Positions 29,006 through 37,359 of a stretch of 64,000 nt of DNA are shown here, piece after piece. The position numbers and the translations under genes are program-made. The stretch is from Dehalococcoidia bacterium (GTDB lineage: Bacteria > Chloroflexota > Dehalococcoidia > Lucifugimonadales > VXLM01), in the NCBI GenBank assembly GCA_963662435.1, contig OY759598.1:434001-498000 (forward strand). Reading direction: 5' to 3'. Each line of letters opens with the position of its first letter. Position 1 is the first letter of the stretch. The notes under the pieces were generated by a model, which was not told where the DNA came from, did not search any database, and saw only the letters and a list, made by a program, of their open reading frames with translations.

Positions 29006-30862
29006 ATGACCTTCGCCAACCCCATCAAGATCACCGATACCACCTTCCGGGACGCCCATCAGAGCCTGATGGCGACCCGCCTCCGCACCGAGGACATGGT
29101 GCCCATCGCCGAGCGGATGAATGCCGTCGGATTCCACTCCATGGAGGTCTGGGGCGGGGCGACCTTTGACTCGACCACGCGTTTCCTGGGAGAAGACCCG
29201 TGGGAACGCCTTCGCACTTTCAAGAAGCTCATACCCGACACCCCCCTGCAGATGCTCCTTCGGGGCCAGTCCCTCGTGGGGTACCGTCCCTACGCCGATG
29301 ACGTTGTGGACGCCTTTGTACACCGTTCCATCGAGGCGGGTATTGATGTCTTCCGCGTCTTCGATGCACTCAACGATCCAATGAACCTCGAACGCGCCGC
29401 CGCCGCAGTTAAAGACTCCGGCGCGCACCTGCAGCTCACAATCTGCTACTCCGTCACCGAGGAGGGAGTCCTCGGCGGGCCGATCTACAATCTTGACTAC
29501 TACATCGCCAAGGCGAAGGAACTGCTCGACCTCGACGCGGACAGCATCTGCGTCAAGGACATGGCCGGTCTCCTGGCCCCATACGACTCCTTCAACCTCT
29601 TCACCGCCCTCAAGGAGGTCGTCGACGTTCCCCTACAACTGCACACGCACTACACGAGCGGCATGGCCTCGATGACCGTCCTCAAGGCAATCGAAGCCGG
29701 TGTGGACGTCGTCGATGCCTGTCTCGCGCCCCTCGCCCTCCGCACGGCGCAGCCCGCCGTCGAGCCGCTCATCACCTCCCTCAGGAATACCGATAGAGAT
29801 CCGGGTCTCGACCTCGAACCACTCCTCGATCTCGGCGACTATCTCGAGACAATCACGCCGAAGTACCGTGAGCACCTCGAGACTCCCAAGACCTCCGTCA
29901 TCGACGTGCGCGTGCTCAGCCACCAGATTCCCGGCGGCATGACCAGTAATCTCGTTTCCCAGCTCCGAGAGGCCGATGCTCTGGACAAACTGCCGGAGGT
30001 TCTGGAAGAGATACCCCGCACCCGCAAGGACCTGGGCTACCCGCCACTCGTCACTCCCATGAGCCAGATGGTCGGTTCGCAGTCCGTCACCAACGTCCTC
30101 ATGGGCCGCTACGCCACCATCATCGAACCCGTCAGGGAATTCGCCCTTGGACTTTACGGACAGGCACCGGCCCCGATGAGCGAAGAGATTCTTGAGAAGG
30201 CCCGGAGCGGCAACGACGATGTATCTCCCATCGTGGGACGCCCGACCTCTTGGGACGAACCTGAGTTGCCCGAAGCGGCAGCAGCCATTGCCGACGTCTC
30301 CGAAGACCTCGACGATATCCTGACCTATGCCCTCTACCCCCAGACCGGTGGTAAGTGGGTCCGCATCAAGCACGGCCTAGATCCCATGCCCGACGAGATG
30401 AAGCCCGAACGGCCACCGGAAGACGGAGCACGACCCGCCACTGCTCCGGAGCAGCCGCAGCCAACCACCCCGAAGAGCCACCGCGCCCGAGCCTTTAACG
30501 TCTTCGTAGACGGCGAGGCATTCTTCGTAGAGGTAGACCCCGTCTCAACCGGCACTACGGCCCCTCCGGACGGCGGTCCGATACCGTCAACTTCACCAGT
30601 ACAGGCCCCGGCAGGTGCCACCGACGCTGCCACTGTCCAGCAAGGCGAGTCGACCGTTGAGGCCCCCATGCCCGGTATAGTCCTCCGTCACGAGGTCGAG
30701 ATGGGCGCGACCGTCGATGCCGGACAGCCCATCGTCGTGCTCGAAGCCATGAAAATGCAGAATTCCCTGCCGTCTCCAACGGCGGGTACCGTGCGCGCCC
30801 TCCCGTTCGATATCGGATCGAAAGTCTCCAGGGGAGACGTGCTGGCAATCATCACCCCTTGA
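29006..30862 (+). CDS. Pyruvate carboxyltransferase (PycB/OadA/transcarboxylase 5S) fused to a biotin carrier domain
   Basis: DTTFRDAHQSL, WGGATFD, KDMAG, HTH, PGGM and PPLVTP motifs; C-terminal EAMKM biotinylation site. Confidence 0.92.
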   Translation: MTFANPIKITDTTFRDAHQSLMATRLRTEDMVPIAERMNAVGFHSMEVWGGATFDSTTRFLGEDPWERLRTFKKLIPDTPLQMLLRGQSLVGYRPYADDVVDAFVHRSIEAGIDVFRVFDALNDPMNLERAAAAVKDSGAHLQLTICYSVTEEGVLGGPIYNLDYYIAKAKELLDLDADSICVKDMAGLLAPYDSFNLFTALKEVVDVPLQLHTHYTSGMASMTVLKAIEAGVDVVDACLAPLALRTAQPAVEPLITSLRNTDRDPGLDLEPLLDLGDYLETITPKYREHLETPKTSVIDVRVLSHQIPGGMTSNLVSQLREADALDKLPEVLEEIPRTRKDLGYPPLVTPMSQMVGSQSVTNVLMGRYATIIEPVREFALGLYGQAPAPMSEEILEKARSGNDDVSPIVGRPTSWDEPELPEAAAAIADVSEDLDDILTYALYPQTGGKWVRIKHGLDPMPDEMKPERPPEDGARPATAPEQPQPTTPKSHRARAFNVFVDGEAFFVEVDPVSTGTTAPPDGGPIPSTSPVQAPAGATDAATVQQGESTVEAPMPGIVLRHEVEMGATVDAGQPIVVLEAMKMQNSLPSPTAGTVRALPFDIGSKVSRGDVLAIITP

Positions 30863-30867
30863 CTAAA

Positions 30868-30994
30868 CTAGAATCGTTTCCATCTGAATATGACAGTCGA
30901 GTAGAGAGGCGCTTATCCCCTCTCCCATCGTGGGAGAGGGCTAGGGTGAGGGTGTCTTGAATAAGCTACCAAAACAATGTTGACGAGGACCTAG
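30868..30994. mobile_element. CTAG-bounded MITE-like element of about 127 bp with a central palindrome (empty-site version of 34873-36725)
   Basis: Left arm aligns with 34873-34935; core CCCCTCTCCCATCGTGGGAGAGGGCTAGGGTGAGGG. Confidence 0.65.
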
Positions 30995-31070
30995 CCATGA
31001 GCACCTTGGCGTGTGGGCCAGCCCTCAATACCCAAGGCTACAAGGAAAAACAATCAGGAAGGGAACAAAC

Positions 31071-32273
31071 TTGGACACCTCACAGGTAATCGAACAGGCA
31101 AAGCAGCACTTCGGCACCGTCCTGGAGGAGCAGCTCGAACGAGTCGAGCGCCTCAAGAGCGAGGGCGATTGGACCGACTACTCATCCATCAGCCCCATCA
31201 TCATCGGCATGATAGGCGGCGACGGCATCGGTCCCGCTATCAGCGAGGAGACCCGCCGGGTGCTCGAATACCTCCTCCGCGATGAGATCGCAAGCGGCAG
31301 GGTCGAGTTCCGAAAAATCGAAGGTCTCACCATCGAGAACCGCGCCGCCAAGCTACAGTCAATTCCCGATGACGTGCTCGAAGCAATCAAGGAATGCCAC
31401 GTTTCCGTAAAGGGCCCCACTCACACCCCCGAAAAGGGCGACGGCTGGCCCAACATCGAATCGGCCAACGTCAGCATGAGAAAGGCCCTCGACCTCTTCG
31501 CCAACGTCCGGCCCGTCCGCATCCCGTCCGAGAACATCGACTGGACATTCTTCCGCGAGAACACCGAGGACCTCTACGCAGTAGGAAGCCAGGGCATCAA
31601 CGTCACCGACGACCTCGCCATCGACTTCCGCGTCATCACGACGCCCGGGTCCGAGCGCATCATCGAGGCGGCCTTCGACCACGCCAAGCGCACTAGCAAG
31701 TCTCGCGTCACCATCGTCACCAAGGCCAACGTCGTAAAGACCACCGACGGCAAGTTCCTTGATGTCGCCCGCCGAATAGGCGAGAAGTACCCCGGCATCG
31801 AGTGGGACGGCTGGTACATCGACATCATGACCGCCAAGCTCATCGACCCCAAGCGGCGCAGCGACTTCCAGGTGCTCGCCCTCCCGAACCTCTACGGCGA
31901 TATCCTCACCGACGAGGCAGCCGAGATTCAGGGAGGCGTCGGCACCGCCGGAAGCGCCAACATCGGCAAGCAGTACGCCATGTTTGAGGCCATCCACGGC
32001 AGCGCCCCCCGAATGGTCACAGAGGGCCGGGCGCAGTATGCCGACCCCAGCTCCCTCGTCCGAGCCGGGGCCATGATGCTCGACCACATCGGATACAACG
32101 ATCTCGCGGTGCGACTCCACTCCGCACTCGACATCTGCGGGATGTACGAGAAGAAGGTCGTCATGACCGGCCGCGACACCGGCGCAACCAGCACCGAGTT
32201 CGGCGACTACCTCATGGCGACCGTTGAGGACCCCAACCTCTACGCCCGCCGTGACGAGCTCGAAAACGGGTAG
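31071..32273 (+). CDS. Isocitrate/isopropylmalate dehydrogenase family (probable isocitrate dehydrogenase)
   Basis: GDGIGP, KGPTHTP, FANVRP, RENTEDLY, NLYGDILTD and FEAIHGSAP motifs; next to mdh. Confidence 0.85.
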   Translation: MDTSQVIEQAKQHFGTVLEEQLERVERLKSEGDWTDYSSISPIIIGMIGGDGIGPAISEETRRVLEYLLRDEIASGRVEFRKIEGLTIENRAAKLQSIPDDVLEAIKECHVSVKGPTHTPEKGDGWPNIESANVSMRKALDLFANVRPVRIPSENIDWTFFRENTEDLYAVGSQGINVTDDLAIDFRVITTPGSERIIEAAFDHAKRTSKSRVTIVTKANVVKTTDGKFLDVARRIGEKYPGIEWDGWYIDIMTAKLIDPKRRSDFQVLALPNLYGDILTDEAAEIQGGVGTAGSANIGKQYAMFEAIHGSAPRMVTEGRAQYADPSSLVRAGAMMLDHIGYNDLAVRLHSALDICGMYEKKVVMTGRDTGATSTEFGDYLMATVEDPNLYARRDELENG

Positions 32274-32456
32274 GGGACGACTAGCGGCCTCGATTTCAGT
32301 ACTGTCATTGCCATGGAATGAGTCCCGGCTAAACCTGATGTAGGGGCGGGTTTCAAACCCGCCCTAGGTTCTTACAGCCGACCTAATGTAAGGAAATCAC
32401 AAGACGAACGACGCTCAACGCGTCCGTCACACAACCATCGTCAAAGGAGCACCTGA

Positions 32457-33395
32457 ATGTCACGCAGCAAGGTAACCGTAGTCGGAGCAGGTAACGTCGG
32501 AGCGACCGCCGCACAGCGAATCTTCGACAAGGGGTACGCGGACGTGGTCCTCGTCGACATCGTCGATGGCCTCCCCCAGGGCAAAGCCCTCGACATCCTC
32601 GAGTCCGGCCCCGTCTCCGGCAGCGACGCTTCCATCGTAGGCTCCAATTCCTACGTGGAGACCGCAGGATCCGATGTCGTTGTCATCACCTCCGGCATCG
32701 CCCGCAAGCCCGGAATGTCGCGAGACGACCTCCTTCTCACCAACATGAAGATCGTCACCAGCGTCGTCAACGAGGTCGTCGCCCAATCGCCCGACGCCAT
32801 CCTCATGCCGGTCACCAACCCCCTCGACGCCATGGCCCAGCGCGCGCATCAGGTCAGCGGCTTCCCGAAGAACCGCGTTGTCGGAATGGCCGGCATCCTC
32901 GACACCGCCCGGTTCCGCACCTTTCTCGCCATGGAGCTCAACGTCTCAGTCGAGAGCATCGACGCCTGGGTGCTGGGAGGACACGGTGACTCCATGGTTC
33001 CCGTCGTCGGAAGTACCATCGTCGGCGGACAGCCCGTATCGAAGCTCATCCCGAAAGAACGCCTCGACTCCATCGTCAAGCGCACTCAGGACGGTGGCGC
33101 GGAGATCGTCAACTACCTCAAGACAGGGAGCGCCTACTACGCCCCGTCCGCCGCAATCGTTCAGATGGTCGAGTCCATCCTCTTCGACAAGAAGCAGGCC
33201 CTCCCGTGCACGGCCTACCTCGAAGGCGAGTATGGCATCGACGGCCTCTTCGTCGGTGTCCCCGTCAAGCTGGGAGCCAACGGCGTCGAGGAGATCATCG
33301 AGTTCGAACTCACCGACGGCGAGTCCGCCGCACTCAAGAGTTCCGCCGCCGCCGTCCGTGAGCTTATCGAAGTAATGGACAATGCCGGCGCCTGA
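32457..33395 (+). CDS. mdh: Malate dehydrogenase (LDH-like)
   Basis: [33 protein letters not shown] and GSAYYAP motifs. Confidence 0.95.
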   Translation: MSRSKVTVVGAGNVGATAAQRIFDKGYADVVLVDIVDGLPQGKALDILESGPVSGSDASIVGSNSYVETAGSDVVVITSGIARKPGMSRDDLLLTNMKIVTSVVNEVVAQSPDAILMPVTNPLDAMAQRAHQVSGFPKNRVVGMAGILDTARFRTFLAMELNVSVESIDAWVLGGHGDSMVPVVGSTIVGGQPVSKLIPKERLDSIVKRTQDGGAEIVNYLKTGSAYYAPSAAIVQMVESILFDKKQALPCTAYLEGEYGIDGLFVGVPVKLGANGVEEIIEFELTDGESAALKSSAAAVRELIEVMDNAGA

Positions 33396-34101
33396 CCACC
33401 GGCCTCGCCCAGAGCCGTTCGACTACGATACGGACCCCGAACGGTACCGCATCACTTCTTTGGCAGCCAAAAGATTTGGCCTGGCCGGAGATGTCCATGA
33501 AGATGTTGCCGGCCGCTTTGCCGAGGAGGGGGTCGAAAGCGTCCTCGATGTCGGCTGCGGCAACGGCAGATTGCTTGACCTGCTCCGGAACGCGGGTATC
33601 GCCACAGTCGGACTCGACGCATCACCGACAATGCTCAAAGCTGCATCCGGCCCGCGTGTCTTTGGCGATGCACGAAAGCTCCCGTTGCCGGCAAACACCT
33701 TCGGCGGGGCTGCCGCTCTCTACATGCTCTACCACCTCGAAGACCCCGCGCAGGCTGTCGCCGAGTGCCACCGTGTCCTTAGACCCGGCGGGCTATTCGC
33801 CGCATGCGCTCCGAGCAGGTACGACTCACCGGAGCTGCAGTCTGTCCTCCCCGGCTACGGTGTCCCCTCAACCTTCGACAGCGAGAACGCCGCAGAGATC
33901 GTCGGCTCGGTGTTCGGCGAAGTCGAGTTAGACGCTTGGGATGGCCCCTACGTCCACCTGCCCGACCGCGAAGCCCTGGCTCTCTTCCTCCAAGGTCGCC
34001 GCTTGAGTCCGTCTGCCGCGGAACGCGCCTCCAACACCATCGATACTCCCGTAACCCTGACCAAGAGAGGCGCGATAATCTATGCCCGGAAAACAGACTG
34101 A
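33382..34101 (+). CDS. Class I SAM-dependent methyltransferase
   Basis: [18 protein letters not shown] and RVLRPGG motifs. Confidence 0.85.
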   Translation: MPAPDHRPRPEPFDYDTDPERYRITSLAAKRFGLAGDVHEDVAGRFAEEGVESVLDVGCGNGRLLDLLRNAGIATVGLDASPTMLKAASGPRVFGDARKLPLPANTFGGAAALYMLYHLEDPAQAVAECHRVLRPGGLFAACAPSRYDSPELQSVLPGYGVPSTFDSENAAEIVGSVFGEVELDAWDGPYVHLPDREALALFLQGRRLSPSAAERASNTIDTPVTLTKRGAIIYARKTD

Positions 34102-34155
34102 ACCACTCGCGAAATCCACCCTGCAAAAACTCCCGAAAACTCGTCGATCCCCACC

Positions 34156-34190
34156 TTGACACATGAAACGCACGTTCGGTACACTTGTTC
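34156..34190 (+). promoter_or_regulatory. Sigma70 promoter overlapped by LexA-like boxes
   Basis: TTGACA-18-TACACT; AAAC-gcac-GTTC (34166-34177) and GTAC-actt-GTTC (34179-34190). Confidence 0.55.
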
Positions 34191-34314
34191 TTGTCGATCG
34201 ACTCATGTTCGCAGGCTCCTCAGGAACTACCCCATATGCAAACCCCCGGAGGGGCCTGCTTACATTTCGACGCAGATTCCGTAGCAATCAAAGAACCAAA
34301 CAAAGGAGAAGAAA

Positions 34315-34686
34315 TTGCCGAATCCAGTCGTACACTTTGAAATTGTAGGGAAGGACCACGAGTCCCTTCAGCAGTACTACCGCGAACTATTCAATTGGAA
34401 CATCACTCTAGCCTCGCCCGAATTCCCCTATGGTGTCGTGAGCGCCGAGGAGCAGGGCGCGGGCATCGGCGGAGGCGTCGGCTCCAGCATGGGCGGTGAT
34501 CCCCAATCTACCTTCTACGTCGAGGTCGACGACATCCAGGCCTCGCTCGACAGGGCCGTTGAGTTGGGCGGCGAGGTCGCCATGCCTGTAACCGTCATCC
34601 CCGGAATGGTCATCTTCGCCCACTTCAAAGACATCGAGGGAAACCTCATCGGCCTCGTATCCTCCGAGGCCCCGCCCACCGAGTAG
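34315..34686 (+). CDS. VOC/glyoxalase/bleomycin-resistance family protein
   Basis: PVVHFEI, YVEVDDI and FKDIEGNLIGL motifs; AAGGAG RBS before TTG. Confidence 0.9.
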   Translation: MPNPVVHFEIVGKDHESLQQYYRELFNWNITLASPEFPYGVVSAEEQGAGIGGGVGSSMGGDPQSTFYVEVDDIQASLDRAVELGGEVAMPVTVIPGMVIFAHFKDIEGNLIGLVSSEAPPTE

Positions 34687-34936
34687 AAGTGTAGGGGAGG
34701 CCGTGATCGCGACCAAACTGAAGCAAAAATGCATCAGAATGCAACAAAATGCATCACTTTCCCGAGGTCTAGGACTTAGCGGCGCCCTTCTTACTCCCTC
34801 CGCAAGCCGGGTAGAACACCGTGCCAACGAGGGCCCAAGCGCCCCGAGTGAGTATCAAAGAACTTCCATCGGCTAGTACTGTTTCTATATGAAGGTGATA
34901 GTCGAATAGGGATGTGCTCTATCCCCTCTCCCGTCG

Positions 34937-36660
34937 GAGGCTGTCTCATAAGTAGGTTGCCTTATTGAAAATACAGAGGTTCTAGGGGTAAGTTTGTGTT
35001 GTTGCACCTGCTTTAGGAGAAGTGGCATGCCATTTCGGGACTTCAATCGGGAACAGGGGTGGCTTCTGCCGCCTGATCTGGGAGAGTTAGTAGGCCCCAA
35101 TCATCCCGCACGATTCGCCGCGACCTTTGTGGACTCTCTCGATGAGGAGACGTGGAAGGAGTTGGGGATCGACCTGCGAGGCGATCCTATGGGAGCATCG
35201 TCCTATCACCCTCGCGCGTTGCTGAGCGTGTGGATATATGGGTTCATGACGGGTGTGCGTTCCAGCCGCAAGCTGGAGACGGCCTGCCGCGAACAGGTGG
35301 CCTTCATGTGGCTGACCGGGAGGCAGAGGCCGGACCACAACACGCTGTGGAGGTTCTACAGGTCTCACCGAGAGCGGATGAGGGTTCTCCTGAGTCGCAC
35401 GGTGCGCACGGCTGTGAAGGCCGGCTTGGTGGACTTGGCGCTTCAGGCGGTGGACGGGACACGAATCGCCGGTAACGCGTCCAGTGACCGCACCTACGAC
35501 GCGGAGGGTCTCAGACGGCTCTTGGAGCGTACGGAAGCAGCCATTGCGGACCTGGAAGCAAAGAACTCGACCGGAGGGGAGCCTGCACCAGTCGAACTAC
35601 CATCGGAGATTGCGAGCGCCGAGGCATTGCGCGACCGAGTGGTCGACGCCCTTGGCCTCGTGCTGGAGGAGGAGGGAGCCAACCACGCGAACCTTACCGA
35701 CCCTGACGCGGGGCTGCTCAAGAGCAAGGAAGGTGGCGTTATAGCCGGCTACAACGCCCAGTCGATGGTGGCGCCCATCACGTCCGGCGATGCCTCCGGC
35801 ATGATCATCACGGCTGCGGATGTGACCTCCGGCTCGGACGACCACCCGCAGCTCGTTCCGATGATCCAGGCGTCTGCAGAGAATACGGGGACAGACCATG
35901 CGGTGACCGTCGCCGACGCCGGATATCACTCAGGGACCAACCTTGCCGACTGCGCGTCCTCCGGACACCGCGTGCTCATGCCGGACACTCATAACCGCAG
36001 ACGCCGCTCCCCGTACCACAAGGACCACTTCACGTACGACCCTGAGAACGACACATACCTGTGCCCGAATCAGCAACCTCTCATCTTCAAGGACACGTTC
36101 AGACACGCGAACGGCTACAGACTCAGACGCTACAGGGCCGAGGGTGCGCTCTGCCGTACCTGCCCTGCCTTTGGAGAATGCACCACCTCTACCAACGGTC
36201 GAACCATAAGAATCAGCGAATACGAACCTGAGTTGAGACGACACAGAGAGATGATGTCTACCGAGTCTGCCAGGGCGAGTTATAAGCGGCGTCAGGGGCT
36301 GGTTGAGCCGGTGTTCGGCCTCCTCAAGGAGCATCACAGCGCCAGGCGGTTCCTGCTGCGAGGCCGCGAGAACGTCCTCTCCGAGTGGTGTCTGCTGGCT
36401 GCGGCGTTCAACCTCAAGAGCCTTCACAGGGTGTGGAGTGCCGCCTCGCCGTCGAACTCGCCTCACACCGGCTCGCCACGACTACATCCACGCTGTGGTC
36501 GCGGCGCCACTGATGCCGCCCACAACCGCTTGGCACCGTTGTCGACGGCCCGACCACGAATCGCCACTCGCAGACTCTATAGAGTCTACCGGTCATCCCC
36601 CATCACATCCCCAGCGTGTACTCAATCACTGCACGCCACGTGAAGCTATGAGACAGCCTC
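34937..36660 (+). mobile_element. IS1182-family insertion sequence (1724 bp)
   Basis: Perfect 14-bp TIR GAGGCTGTCTCATA / TATGAGACAGCCTC; 5-bp TSD CGTCG (alternative parse: 15-bp TIR with 3-bp TSD). Confidence 0.9.
35027..36643 (+). CDS. IS1182-family DDE transposase
   Basis: SSRKLE, PDHNTL, AVDGTRI, TDPDA, GYNAQ, ADAGY, CRTCP and VEPVFG motifs; AGGAGA RBS. Confidence 0.92.
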   Translation: MPFRDFNREQGWLLPPDLGELVGPNHPARFAATFVDSLDEETWKELGIDLRGDPMGASSYHPRALLSVWIYGFMTGVRSSRKLETACREQVAFMWLTGRQRPDHNTLWRFYRSHRERMRVLLSRTVRTAVKAGLVDLALQAVDGTRIAGNASSDRTYDAEGLRRLLERTEAAIADLEAKNSTGGEPAPVELPSEIASAEALRDRVVDALGLVLEEEGANHANLTDPDAGLLKSKEGGVIAGYNAQSMVAPITSGDASGMIITAADVTSGSDDHPQLVPMIQASAENTGTDHAVTVADAGYHSGTNLADCASSGHRVLMPDTHNRRRRSPYHKDHFTYDPENDTYLCPNQQPLIFKDTFRHANGYRLRRYRAEGALCRTCPAFGECTTSTNGRTIRISEYEPELRRHREMMSTESARASYKRRQGLVEPVFGLLKEHHSARRFLLRGRENVLSEWCLLAAAFNLKSLHRVWSAASPSNSPHTGSPRLHPRCGRGATDAAHNRLAPLSTARPRIATRRLYRVYRSSPITSPACTQSLHAT

Positions 36661-37359
36661 CGTCGTGGGAGAGGGCTAGGGTGAGGGTGAAGCGAAATAT
36701 CAAGATCATGTGGAACCAGTACTAGCTCGGAGCAGAAACACGGAAGGGCAGGGCAGGGCCCCGTTCGCCCTGAGCAGTGTTACGCCCAGGGTCCCATTCC
36801 GTACGGAATATCAACAACATGCCTCCAATCTCTCCCCCGCCGGGGGAGAGATACAGAGAGGGGGGCCCGGCAGTTACTTGAAAGCCTGCTGAAGGTCTCA
36901 CCACAAACTGCCTTCACCGACCTGACACACAACAACGTGAGTCCCCGATCCCAGCCACTCACCCCACGCAGCTGGACAATAACAGCGAGAATGGCACACT
37001 TTTCGAGCAAATGCACACCTCCCTTTCTTCCCCCTGTGATCTCTGTGTCCTCTGTGGTGAATCTTCGTCCTACTTCGAGCAGTTTCTCGAAAGGCAGGTG
37101 GTGGAAGGCCAAGACCTCGTTCGCCCTGAGCCTGTCGAAGGGTTAAGCCACACCGCCTCTATCTGCCCAGCGACAGATTCCAAGCCACGACTGCCCCGTA
37201 TTCATGTGCGAGGCAGTCACCCAGGGCCAAGCACTGAAAACGGCGAGATTACGTCTATTGTCCTGTCTGCGTTACATTCACCGCTGACAGCCTGTTGACC
37301 TCCCATCCGATGCCTTGCTACACTCCGGCCACCTCCCCCAAAGTTGACCGGATTACGCC

